From NCBI GenBank assembly GCA_963667725.2, contig CAXXHO010000003.1, forward strand, positions 896,001 to 960,000: a stretch of DNA of 64,000 bases, read 5' to 3'. A program made the position numbers and the translations under genes. This document shows positions 8,651 to 17,924 of this stretch, piece by piece. A model generated the notes under the pieces. It was not told the origin of the DNA, searched no databases, and worked only from the letters and a program-made list of their open reading frames with translations. Each line of letters begins with the position of its first letter. Within the stretch, counting starts at the first letter, position 1. Origin of the DNA: Treponemataceae bacterium (GTDB lineage: Bacteria > Spirochaetota > Spirochaetia > Treponematales > Rectinemataceae).

Positions 8651-10546
8651 TCAGTCCTCTTCCTTGCCCAGATAGGCTTCGATAACGAGCGGGTTGAGCC
8701 TGATGTCGCACATCTCGCCCTCGGCGATTTTCCTTCCCGTCTGCATGACGATGACATGATCGCTGACCATGTCCACGAGATTCATGTCGTGCTCGATGAG
8801 CAGAATCGAAAGCCCGTCGGCGAGAAGAGAGAGAAGGAGCCTGGACAAATCCTCGGTCTCCGCGTCGTTCAGCCCAGAGGAAGGCTCGTCGAGGACGATG
8901 AGATCAGGGTTGACGGCGAGGGCGCGGGCGATTTCCAGGTAGCGGCGTTTCCCGTAGGGAAGGGAGGATGCCAGCTTGTCGGCGGATTCAGCCAGCCCGA
9001 CCCGCTCGAGGCAGCGGTCGGCGCAGGCCAGCATGGATTCCTCCTCCCGCCGCTGCGAGGGCAGCCTGAAAATGGAACCGATAAATCCGGCTTTTCCCCT
9101 GCAGTGCTGGCCGCAGAGCACATTCTCCAGGCAGGTGAGGGTGGGAAAAATCCTGATGTTCTGGAAGGTGCGGGCAATCCCCTTCTTCACGATCTCATGG
9201 GGACGCTCGCCCGAAATCTTCTCGGCCTTGAAGCTGATCTCGCCCTTCAGGGGCTTGTAGATGCCCGTGATGAGATTGAACAAGGTCGTCTTGCCCGCGC
9301 CGTTGGGGCCGATGAGGGCGGTGATCCTTCCCTTGGAAACGCAGGCGTCCATATCCGCGACGGCGGTCACGCCGCCGAACGAAAGCGTTACGTCCTTCAC
9401 TTCCAGAAGGGACAGATCCGAGGCGGGTTCAGGCGCCCCCGCCGCCGATCCGGCGCCGGACGTAGCGTCGGACGCGGCGCCAACACCTGATTCGCTATCC
9501 GCCTGAGCATCGGAAACCGGCTGCCTATGGCGCTTGCCGCCTAAGGCCTTCCGCAGCGTTTCACCCGAATCCCTGACGCGCGGCAGGAAGCCCGCCGGCT
9601 TGAAAATCATCATGAGAAGGAGGGCGAGACCGAAGAACATGAGCCTGTATTTGGCGAAAGGCCTGAAAATCTCCGGGAAGACCGTGATGGCCACGGCGCC
9701 GAGCATCGTCCCCGGAATCGAGCCCAGGCCGCCCAGAAGCACGATGCAGAAAAGCAAGGATGACTCCATGAAAGTGAAGCTTTCAGGCGACACCGACATC
9801 TGCTTGGAAGCGTAGACGTTGCCCGCTATACCCGCGAGCGCCGCGCCGAGCACGAAGGCGGCGAGCTTGTAGTGCCGCACATCGACGCCGAGAGCCTCGG
9901 CGGCCGTCTCGTCCTCGCGGATGTAGTTCCACGCCCGTCCGACCCTGGAGCGCTGGAGCCTGATGAGGCCGAAGGTGATGACGGCGATGAGCCCCCAAAT
10001 GAGATAGTAGAACTGCCGGGACGAGACGATCGGGACTATAAAACTAGGTCCGTCTATGCCGTTGATGCCGTTGGGGCCGCCCGTGAGGCCGAAGGGATTG
10101 TTGATCATGGTGAGGCGGATGATTTCGCCTAAACCTATCGTCACGATGCAGAGATAGTCGCCCTTCAGGTGGATGACGGGGGCGGTGACGATCCAGGCGA
10201 AGAGGCCGGAAACGAGGGCCGCTATCGGTAGGAGGAGGAGGATGGGGAGATGGAACTGCGTGTTGAGTATGGCGGTGACATAGGCGCCGATCGCGTAGAA
10301 GCCTGTGTGGCCCAGATCGAAAAGCCCGACCTCGCCGAGGACGATATTGAGCGAAAGGCCCAGGAGAGCGTAGATGCCGCAGTAGAATCCCACGTCGATC
10401 CAGTAATTGTCTATGAAGGGCATCAGCGGAAAGAGAAAGAGGATGGCTATCGAGGCGAGGGTGATCGTCCTGCGGTCCACGCGCCTTTTGCCTCCCTCCG
10501 TCGGTGCGGAAAGAATCCTGTCCAGAATGGTTTTTGTTATGCTCAT
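8651..10546 (-). CDS. Fused LivM permease / LivG ATPase
   Basis: Start at MSITKT (TGATG overlap with livH). Permease motifs 'LKGDYLCIVTIGLGE' and 'LLGGLGS', an Ala/Ser linker, then GPNGAGKT, ARTFQN, LPYGKRRYLE and 'VIEAYLG'. Confidence 0.9.
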   Translation of the reverse strand: MSITKTILDRILSAPTEGGKRRVDRRTITLASIAILFLFPLMPFIDNYWIDVGFYCGIYALLGLSLNIVLGEVGLFDLGHTGFYAIGAYVTAILNTQFHLPILLLLPIAALVSGLFAWIVTAPVIHLKGDYLCIVTIGLGEIIRLTMINNPFGLTGGPNGINGIDGPSFIVPIVSSRQFYYLIWGLIAVITFGLIRLQRSRVGRAWNYIREDETAAEALGVDVRHYKLAAFVLGAALAGIAGNVYASKQMSVSPESFTFMESSLLFCIVLLGGLGSIPGTMLGAVAITVFPEIFRPFAKYRLMFFGLALLLMMIFKPAGFLPRVRDSGETLRKALGGKRHRQPVSDAQADSESGVGAASDATSGAGSAAGAPEPASDLSLLEVKDVTLSFGGVTAVADMDACVSKGRITALIGPNGAGKTTLFNLITGIYKPLKGEISFKAEKISGERPHEIVKKGIARTFQNIRIFPTLTCLENVLCGQHCRGKAGFIGSIFRLPSQRREEESMLACADRCLERVGLAESADKLASSLPYGKRRYLEIARALAVNPDLIVLDEPSSGLNDAETEDLSRLLLSLLADGLSILLIEHDMNLVDMVSDHVIVMQTGRKIAEGEMCDIRLNPLVIEAYLGKEED

Positions 10547-11457
10547 CAGACTTTCTCCGCCGTTTTTTCGCCCAGAAGCCCCGTCGGCCGGAAAATGAGG
10601 GTGACGATGAGAAGGATGAAGACGAAGACGTCCTTCCACGCGCCACTGACGTAGCCGGAGAGCAGGGATTCCACGATGCCGAGGAGAAGACCGCCGAGCA
10701 TGGCGCCGGGGATGTTGCCGATTCCGCCCAGAATCGTCGCGGTGAAGGCCTTGAGGCCATAGTTCCATCCCATGTTGAAGCTGATGGAGCGGTAGTAGAG
10801 CCCGTTCATGAGCCCGGCTACGCCGCCCAAGCCCGGGCCGAGGGCGAAGACGAAGAAAATGACCTTGCGCACGTCGATGCCGACGAGGGTGGCTGTCTCC
10901 CTGTCCAGGGCCGAAGCCCTCACGGCGGCGCCGAAGGTGGATTTTTCGACGATGAGCCAGATGATGAACATGAGCGCGAAGGAGATGGCGAGAATCGTCA
11001 CCTGGAGTTCGGTGACGGGGATGCCCGCGATTTTGAAACGATAGGAGGGAACGACGCTCGCGGCGAAAGCCTGGGGCCGGGCTCCCCATATAGCCATTAT
11101 CGAGTTCTGGATGAAGATGGCCACGCCAAGCGCCGAAACGACGAGGGAGAGTCTGCCCGAAGGATAGACGGGCCTGTAGGCTATCCTCTCCACAAGAACG
11201 CCCGCCAGGGCGACGCTCGCCGCGACGATGCACGCGGCGAAGGCGATGCCGCCCCATATGCCGAGCGTGGCGGTGACCTTGCCCGCCGCGCTCGTAAGCA
11301 GCGTGTAGCCAAGATAGGCGCCGAAGGCGAAGAGGTCGCCGTGCGCGAAATTGATGAGCTTCATGACGCCATACACCATGGAATATCCCAGGGCGACGAG
11401 AGCGTAGAAGGAACCGATTGTCAGGCCATTGATAAGCTGCTCGATGAAGGTGTTCAC
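10546..11457 (-). CDS. livH: Branched-chain amino acid ABC transporter permease
   Basis: 'QLINGLTIGSFYALVALGYSMVYGVMKLINFAHG' and 'KAFTATILGGIGNIPG'. Confidence 0.93.
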   Translation of the reverse strand: MNTFIEQLINGLTIGSFYALVALGYSMVYGVMKLINFAHGDLFAFGAYLGYTLLTSAAGKVTATLGIWGGIAFAACIVAASVALAGVLVERIAYRPVYPSGRLSLVVSALGVAIFIQNSIMAIWGARPQAFAASVVPSYRFKIAGIPVTELQVTILAISFALMFIIWLIVEKSTFGAAVRASALDRETATLVGIDVRKVIFFVFALGPGLGGVAGLMNGLYYRSISFNMGWNYGLKAFTATILGGIGNIPGAMLGGLLLGIVESLLSGYVSGAWKDVFVFILLIVTLIFRPTGLLGEKTAEKV

Positions 11458-11560
11458 GATTCTCCTTCGCGCTTACGAAAGGCGGGCGCCTGATGGGCGT
11501 CGATGTCCTTCAGGTACCCGCCGCTTGTTATAGCGCTTTAGCTATGGCGAACCGCCTATG

Positions 11561-12742
11561 TCACTTGTCGGATACTACGAGTTTGCCTTCGCCGCTTACG
11601 GCGTACATCTTGTAGGGCACATCCTTGCGGTCGCCGCGCTCGGTGAAGAGCACCGCGCCCGTGACGCCCTCGACGCCGTCCATTTTCGTCCTCATGGCAT
11701 CGGCTATCGCCGCGCTGTCGGTCTTGCCGGCCTTGGCGATGGCGCCTACTATGCCGTAGAGTCCGTCAGCCGCGTAGACTGGCCATGGGCTGGACGGAAG
11801 TTCCTTGAATTTTTCCGCGTAGAGAGCCTTGAACTGTTCCGCGATGGGCGTCGTCACGTCGGTGACGAGGGGCTCCTGGGTCATGAGGGCGCCTTGGGCG
11901 ACGCTGAGTCCGGCAATCTTCACGAAATCGTCGTTGATGGCCGCGTTGCCGCCGATGAAGGGGCAATTGAGTCCCGCGTCGCGGGCCTGGCGGATGAGGA
12001 GTCCGGCTTCGGGATAATAGCCGGTGAAGTACCAGACATCAGGGCTGGTTTCGCGCAACTTGGTCACCGCCGAGGAGAAATCCTTTTCCTTGGGCGTGAT
12101 GGCGTCGAAGTAGATGATTTCTGTTTTACCAGCCGCGATATAGGGCTCGAGGGCTTTCTTGGCTTCGTCGGCCACGCCTTTCGCGAAGGTGGAGTTGTCG
12201 TGCATTATGGCGACGCGTTTGGCTCCCATCGTCTCCACGGCGTATTTTCCGAAGAACAGGCCTTGGGCGTCGTCTCGTCCGCATGTTCTGAAGAAGAATT
12301 TCCTGTCCTTGTCCATGGTGAGCCGGACGGCCGTGCAGCCGTAGCCAACCGAGACGATTTTGTTTTTTTCATAGATATCGGCCGCCGGTTCCGTCACCGA
12401 AGAACCATAGCTGCCGATGACGGCGACCACTTTCTGGGATACGGCTTTCTGCGCGGCCAAGGCTGAATCCTTGGGGTTGGAGCCGTCGTCCACGACGACG
12501 ATTTCCACCTGTTTGCCCAAGACCCCTCCGGCCTTGTTGATCAGCTCGGCAGCCACTTCGACGGACTGCTTGGCCATCTGGCCTTCGTAAGCATAGTCAC
12601 CGGTGATCGGCGCCTGCAGGGCGATTTTGATGGTCTTCCCCGCCTGGGCTCCTGAGCATCCGGCCAGAATCAGAATCATCGCTGCCGTCAGGCATGTGAC
12701 GAGTAGAATCCCTCGTCCGTGTTTCCTCGTTTCTGACATCAT
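11561..12742 (-). CDS. Branched-chain amino acid ABC substrate-binding lipoprotein (LivK/LivJ family)
   Basis: Lipobox LAGC, 'APITGDYA', 'INKAGGVLG' and 'FFRTCGRDDAQG'. Confidence 0.9.
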   Translation of the reverse strand: MMSETRKHGRGILLVTCLTAAMILILAGCSGAQAGKTIKIALQAPITGDYAYEGQMAKQSVEVAAELINKAGGVLGKQVEIVVVDDGSNPKDSALAAQKAVSQKVVAVIGSYGSSVTEPAADIYEKNKIVSVGYGCTAVRLTMDKDRKFFFRTCGRDDAQGLFFGKYAVETMGAKRVAIMHDNSTFAKGVADEAKKALEPYIAAGKTEIIYFDAITPKEKDFSSAVTKLRETSPDVWYFTGYYPEAGLLIRQARDAGLNCPFIGGNAAINDDFVKIAGLSVAQGALMTQEPLVTDVTTPIAEQFKALYAEKFKELPSSPWPVYAADGLYGIVGAIAKAGKTDSAAIADAMRTKMDGVEGVTGAVLFTERGDRKDVPYKMYAVSGEGKLVVSDK

Positions 12743-12812
12743 TGTACCTCCATAACCTATCGTATAGTAGCAAATTACAATTCGCAAGCGAAAAACGATC
12801 CTCTTTTCTTCC

Positions 12813-12841
12813 TTGACAGCCCGGCGGAGTGGCTATAGCCT
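12813..12841 (+). promoter_or_regulatory. Sigma70-like promoter of the oxidoreductase operon
   Basis: TTGACA-17 bp-TAGCCT. Confidence 0.55.
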
Positions 12842-12875
12842 GCGTTATCTGGTTTAGTTTTCTGTGAGGGGAACA

Positions 12876-14996
12876 ATGTCAAGAATTGTCACGCATCCCG
12901 TGCTTCCGATACCCGAAGAGGTGAAGGAAGTCGGCTTTTTTTTTGACGGAAAGCCAGCATCCGGAATTGCCGGCGAACCCGTCGCATCGTCTCTTGTGGC
13001 TCTTGGGATTTCACGCTTTTCCCTGCATCCAAAGGACGGGGCCCCACAGGGCCTGTTCTGCGCGAACGGTCAGTGTTCGCAGTGCACGGTCCTGATCGAT
13101 GGCATTCCCCGCAAGTCATGCGTCACGCCCCTCGCTGAGGGCATGGATGTACGCACCCTCGTGGGGCTTCCCGCGCTTCCGGCAATCGATGCCCCATTGC
13201 AGCAGGCCGAACGCCGCACCATACGCACCGACATTCTCGTCATCGGGGGAGGTCCCTCGGGCCTTTCTGCCGCCCTGGAATTGGGCAAGATGGGATTCCA
13301 GGTCATCATAGCCGACGACAAGAAAAAGTTAGGCGGCAAACTCGTGCTCCAGACCCACAAGTTCTTCGGTTCGGAGGAAGACTGCTATGCCGGCGTGCGC
13401 GGCATAGAGATCGCCTGCAGACTCGAAGACAAACTGAAAAAACTGCCCAACGTCACCATCCTGCGGAACGCCCCCGTCGTCGCCATCTTCAAGGACAGGA
13501 AAGCGGGCGTCTACAAGGATTACTCCTCCTATCTCCTCGTCGAGTTCACGGCCCTGGTCGTGGCGGCGGGCGCCCGCGAGAAAAGCATCCTCTTCCCGGG
13601 CAACGATCTGCCCGGCGTTTACGGCGCCGGGGCCTTCCAGACCCTCGTCAACCGCGATCTCGTCGCGGCTTCCAAAAAGCTCCTCATCGTGGGATCGGGC
13701 AACGTCGGCCTCATCGCCGCCTATCACGCACTCCAGGCGGGGATTCAGGTGGCGGGCATCGTCGAGGTGGCGGGCCGGATCACCGGCTACAAGGTCCATG
13801 CCGACAAGATCCGCCGCATGGGCGTTCCCATCCATCTCAACACGACGATCCTGAGAGCCGAAAGCGAGGGATCGGGCGAGGGCAGGGTGACGAGGGCTCT
13901 CGTCTCCAAGGTGGATGACAATTTCAGGCCGATTCCCGGAACCGCGGTAGCCCACGATGTCGACACCGTCCTCATCGCCACGGGTCTCGCGTCCTGCGAC
14001 GAATTTCTGAGGCAGGCGCAGAGCTACGGCATCCTCGCCGTGGCGGCCGGCGACGCCGAGGAGATAGCCGAAGCTTCCAGCGCTATGTTCGGCGGCAGGA
14101 TCGCGGCCTTCGCCCTGGCCAGGATGCTCGGCAAAAGGATAGAAATAGATCCCACCTGGATTCCCAAGCGCGATGTCCTCAAATCGCGGCCCGGGGACGT
14201 GTTCTCGAGGAGTCCAGTCCTCCCCGAGGCCAAATGGAGTCCCGTCTTCTTCTGTTCCGAGGAGATTCCATGCAATCCCTGCACGACAGTCTGCCCGACC
14301 TCGGCCATCAAGCTGAGACCGGTTCGCCATAATCTCCTCGACCTACCTTATTTCGACGGGACGAAATGCATCGGCTGCCTCTCCTGTGTGTCTGTCTGCC
14401 CCGGCCTGGCCGTCAGCCTCATACGAAGAGTGGCGGATAACGCGGCCGAAGTCATCCTGCCCTGGGAATTCGCCGCCGATTTTCCCGACGGCACGATGAT
14501 GGACCTGGTGGGACAGGACGGCACATTCCTCGAGCGCGCTCCCATGGTTTCGCGGAAGCGGAACGCGAAGAAGAATACCTGGCTCCTCACTTTCAGGACA
14601 TCCTTGCGTAACGCGTCGAGCATCGCCGGCATAAGAGTCCAGGGACCGGAAGTTTCGGAAGGTACGCCCGTAACCGAGTCGGGCTGCGTCGACACCGACG
14701 CCTATGTCTGCCGCTGCGAGCGCGTCACCTTGGGCGAACTGATTCAATTCATAAAAGAAAACAATGTAAGGGACATCAATCAGCTCAAGACGCTGAGGGT
14801 GGGCATGGGCGCCTGCGGCGCCAAGACCTGTTCCCAACTCGTGGGAAGAGCCTTCAAGCTCGCTGGCGTGAATATCGCCGAAGTCGAGCCGGGCTCGCTG
14901 CGGCCTCTCTTCATGGAAGTGCCGATGGGCGAGGTCGTCAACGAAGGCCTCTCCAAACTGGGCGGCAAGGACGCGGGTTCCAGGGGGGCACCATGA
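12876..14996 (+). CDS. Multidomain FAD/NAD(P) oxidoreductase (sarcosine oxidase alpha / proline dehydrogenase-like) with 2Fe-2S, 2x4Fe-4S and BFD-like domains
   Basis: CANGQCSQC..C (2Fe-2S), GGGPSG and GSGNVG Rossmann motifs, CNPCTTVCP and CIGCLSCVSVCP ferredoxin motifs, and C-terminal CRC...CGAKTC. Confidence 0.85.
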   Translation: MSRIVTHPVLPIPEEVKEVGFFFDGKPASGIAGEPVASSLVALGISRFSLHPKDGAPQGLFCANGQCSQCTVLIDGIPRKSCVTPLAEGMDVRTLVGLPALPAIDAPLQQAERRTIRTDILVIGGGPSGLSAALELGKMGFQVIIADDKKKLGGKLVLQTHKFFGSEEDCYAGVRGIEIACRLEDKLKKLPNVTILRNAPVVAIFKDRKAGVYKDYSSYLLVEFTALVVAAGAREKSILFPGNDLPGVYGAGAFQTLVNRDLVAASKKLLIVGSGNVGLIAAYHALQAGIQVAGIVEVAGRITGYKVHADKIRRMGVPIHLNTTILRAESEGSGEGRVTRALVSKVDDNFRPIPGTAVAHDVDTVLIATGLASCDEFLRQAQSYGILAVAAGDAEEIAEASSAMFGGRIAAFALARMLGKRIEIDPTWIPKRDVLKSRPGDVFSRSPVLPEAKWSPVFFCSEEIPCNPCTTVCPTSAIKLRPVRHNLLDLPYFDGTKCIGCLSCVSVCPGLAVSLIRRVADNAAEVILPWEFAADFPDGTMMDLVGQDGTFLERAPMVSRKRNAKKNTWLLTFRTSLRNASSIAGIRVQGPEVSEGTPVTESGCVDTDAYVCRCERVTLGELIQFIKENNVRDINQLKTLRVGMGACGAKTCSQLVGRAFKLAGVNIAEVEPGSLRPLFMEVPMGEVVNEGLSKLGGKDAGSRGAP

Positions 14997-16165
14997 AAAC
15001 ATACGATATCATAATAGCCGGCGCCGGCTCGATCGGTGTCCCTCTCTCATGGCAGCTCGCCGAGCGCGGCCTCAAAGTGGCGGTCATCGACCAGGAAGCC
15101 TCCTGGGGCAGGGGACAGAACCGGGCTGCCATCGGCGGCCTGCGCGCGACCCATTCCGACGCCGCCAAAATCAGGATTTGCCTCGAATCCATCAAGATCG
15201 TATCGACCATGAAGGAAGAGCACGGTCTCGATATCGAATGGCTGAAGGGCGGCTACCTCTACATTGCCTACGACGAGGCCACGCGCGCTTCTTTCCTCAA
15301 TCTTCTGAAGTTGCAGAAGGAAGCGGGACTGGACATCGACTGGGTCGACCCCGACGCCGTGGAAAGGCTGTCGCCGGGCATCAACCGCGAAGGTCTCCTT
15401 GGCGGCACTTTCAGCCCCGGGGACGGCTTCGCCTCTCCGCTGATGGCGGGAACGGCCTATCACAAGCTGGCGCTGGACGCGGGCGTCGATTTTTTCTTCA
15501 ACACGAGAATCGAGAGCGTGAATATGGAGACGGATCGGGTAACGAGCCTGTCGGCGGGCGGCGAAACCTGGAGCGCGCCGCTCTTCATAAACGCTGCGGG
15601 CGCCGAAGCAGCCGACCTGGCCAGCCTGGCCGGCGTGGACATCCCGATTCATCCCGACTGCCACGAGGCGGGCGTCACCGAGCCAGTACAGCGCTTCATG
15701 GAACCCATGGTCGTGGATATCAGGCCGGATTCCGAATCAGGTAACTACTATTTCTATCAGGCAGGCACTGGACAGGTCGTCTTCTGCATCACTCCGCGGC
15801 CGCAGATATGGGGAAGGGACAAGGGTTCCACATCGAGCTTCCTTCCGCTCTGCGTGCGGCGTATGCTCGAACTCTATCCGCGCCTGCGCAATCTGAGGGT
15901 GCGGCGCACCTGGCGCGGCATGTATCCGATGACGCCTGACGGCCTTCCCATCATCGGCTATCCCGAAAAGGCGAAGAATTTCCTCCAGGCGGTCGGGATG
16001 TGCGGTCAGGGCTTCATGATGGGGCCCGGCGTGGGCAAGATACTCGCCGAATCGATCGCTTCCGGCGGCGATTTCTCGAGGCCAGCGGGAAGCACAGGCT
16101 ATGGCTTCGTGTTCGACGAGCTTTCCTGCACGAGAGGCTTCGATCATGTGGAACTTCTGAAATAG
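14993..16165 (+). CDS. FAD-dependent amino-acid oxidoreductase, DAO family (sarcosine oxidase beta / proline dehydrogenase beta-like)
   Basis: GAGSIG, 'RTWRGMYPMTPDGLPIIG' and 'GMCGQGFMMGP'; ATGA overlap with the upstream gene. Confidence 0.88.
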   Translation: MKTYDIIIAGAGSIGVPLSWQLAERGLKVAVIDQEASWGRGQNRAAIGGLRATHSDAAKIRICLESIKIVSTMKEEHGLDIEWLKGGYLYIAYDEATRASFLNLLKLQKEAGLDIDWVDPDAVERLSPGINREGLLGGTFSPGDGFASPLMAGTAYHKLALDAGVDFFFNTRIESVNMETDRVTSLSAGGETWSAPLFINAAGAEAADLASLAGVDIPIHPDCHEAGVTEPVQRFMEPMVVDIRPDSESGNYYFYQAGTGQVVFCITPRPQIWGRDKGSTSSFLPLCVRRMLELYPRLRNLRVRRTWRGMYPMTPDGLPIIGYPEKAKNFLQAVGMCGQGFMMGPGVGKILAESIASGGDFSRPAGSTGYGFVFDELSCTRGFDHVELLK

Positions 16166-16187
16166 GCCGAACTATTGGTCTTTTCTC

Positions 16188-16236
16188 TTGACTGTTTTTC
16201 TCCGCTATGGCATATTCCTAGTATTCCCATAGGAAT
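16188..16236 (+). promoter_or_regulatory. Promoter with an overlapping palindromic candidate Rrf2 operator
   Basis: TTGACT-17 bp-CATATT; inverted repeat ATTCCTA-N9-TAGGAAT at 16214-16236. Confidence 0.65.
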
Positions 16237-16255
16237 TAAGGAGAAAACAGCCTCG

Positions 16256-16684
16256 ATGTTCCAAGTCCCTGTCAAAACCCAGTATGCCATCAGGGCTTTA
16301 GTGCATCTGGCCCGCAAGGGCGGCGACAGCGCCTCGAAAATAGCCGAAGCGGAAGCTATCTCCCCCAAATACCTTGAAGGAATCCTCAGCCAGCTGAAAT
16401 TGGCGGGCATCGTCATTTCGGACAGGGGGCGTTCGGGCGGCTACCATCTGTCGCGCGAAGCCTCGGAAATCAAAATGATCGATATCGTCAGGGCGACTGA
16501 AGGCGAAGTCAGGCCCGTGGAGTGCGTCGACGACAGGAATGTCTGTTCCATGGGAGCCATCTGCATGCCGCGTAAATTCTGGCTCGGTCTCAAGGACGCG
16601 GTGGATGGCTATCTCTCGTCGGTATCGCTCGGGGATCTCGCGGAAGATCACTTCATCGCCATCGGCAAAATAGAAGGAGAATAA
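16256..16684 (+). CDS. Rrf2-family regulator (IscR-like, three Cys)
   Basis: 'YAIRALVHLA', 'ISPKYLEGIL', 'RGRSGGYHL' and C-x6-C-x5-C. Confidence 0.9.
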   Translation: MFQVPVKTQYAIRALVHLARKGGDSASKIAEAEAISPKYLEGILSQLKLAGIVISDRGRSGGYHLSREASEIKMIDIVRATEGEVRPVECVDDRNVCSMGAICMPRKFWLGLKDAVDGYLSSVSLGDLAEDHFIAIGKIEGE

Positions 16685-16687
16685 ATC

Positions 16688-17878
16688 ATGCCCCAGCATT
16701 TCGTGTACATGGATTACAACGCCACGACCCCTTTACGCCCCGAAGTCAAGGACATCATGGTAAAGGCGCTCGATATATACGCCAACGCTTCGAGCATGCA
16801 TGAGGCTGGCAGACGGGCTCGGGCCGAAATAGAGCAGGCCAGGGCATCAGTGGCGGCGATCATCGGCGCGGCCGATTCCTCTTCCGTCTATTTCACGTCT
16901 GGCGGCTCCGAATCCAACAACACGGTCTTCATGACGATGTACGACATAGGACGCAGAACGCCCTCCCGCAGGAAGATCATCACGACCTCGATCGAGCATC
17001 CCTGCGTCATGAATTCCGCGGCCTATCTGGCCTCCGAGGGATTTCCCGTCGTCTACCTTCCCGTGGACGCCTATGGGCGAGTCGACATGGAAGCGTACAG
17101 GAAGGAACTCACTCCCGATACGCTCCTCGTGTCCGTGATGGCGGCGAACAACGAAATCGGCACCGTCGAGGACATCAGGACGATAGCGAAAATGGCGAAG
17201 GCCGTCGGAGCCTACGTCCATACAGACGCCACCCAGGCGATCGGCAAGATCTCGGTCTCCGTCGAAGACTGGGGCGTGGATTACCTCACCATGTCCTGCC
17301 ATAAAATCTACGGACCGAAAGGCATCGGCGCCCTCTATGTCAGGCCTCGATCGCCCATCGTCCCGCTCATACGCGGCGGACACCAGGAAAACGGCGTGAG
17401 GGCGGGCACCTACAACAACCTCGGCATCATAGGGTTCGGCAAAGCGGCCGAGCTCGCGCTCAAGGACCTACCGGAGTTTTCCGCCAGGCTGCGTTCCCTT
17501 CGCGCCATGCTCAAGGACGGCCTCGTGGCCAGGATTCCTCATGTTAAAGTGAATGGACATCCGACGGAGGTGCTGCCCAATACCTTGAATATCTCATTCC
17601 CCGGCGCAGAGGGCGAATCCATTCTTCTGTCCCTGGACCTGGAAGGCATCCAGGTTTCCACGGGTTCAGCCTGCGCATCGGGCAGCCTCGAGCCCTCCCA
17701 TGTTCTCCTGGCGACGGGCGTCGGACCCGAACTGGCTCATGGTTCGATCCGCTTTTCGCTGGGCAAGTACACGACAGAAGAAGAAGTGCGTTATGTGATC
17801 GAGAAATTGCCCCCGATCATCGAAAGGCTCAGGAGAATGTCGACGGTGTCGGCGACCGAGACCGCGGCCGTCAATTGA
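16688..17878 (+). CDS. iscS: Cysteine desulfurase (IscS/NifS)
   Basis: YMDYNATT, FTSGGSESNN, SCHKIYGPKG (PLP Lys) and STGSACASG (catalytic Cys). Confidence 0.95.
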   Translation: MPQHFVYMDYNATTPLRPEVKDIMVKALDIYANASSMHEAGRRARAEIEQARASVAAIIGAADSSSVYFTSGGSESNNTVFMTMYDIGRRTPSRRKIITTSIEHPCVMNSAAYLASEGFPVVYLPVDAYGRVDMEAYRKELTPDTLLVSVMAANNEIGTVEDIRTIAKMAKAVGAYVHTDATQAIGKISVSVEDWGVDYLTMSCHKIYGPKGIGALYVRPRSPIVPLIRGGHQENGVRAGTYNNLGIIGFGKAAELALKDLPEFSARLRSLRAMLKDGLVARIPHVKVNGHPTEVLPNTLNISFPGAEGESILLSLDLEGIQVSTGSACASGSLEPSHVLLATGVGPELAHGSIRFSLGKYTTEEEVRYVIEKLPPIIERLRRMSTVSATETAAVN

Positions 17879-17924
17879 TCGCCGCCTGAAACAATAAGCG
17901 AAAAACAGCGAAAAGGAGAATGCT

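Noticed and set aside
10547..11257. N-terminal ~237 aa of the 868-aa ORF
   Set aside because: Arg-rich out-of-frame overlap with livH; the true start is 10546.
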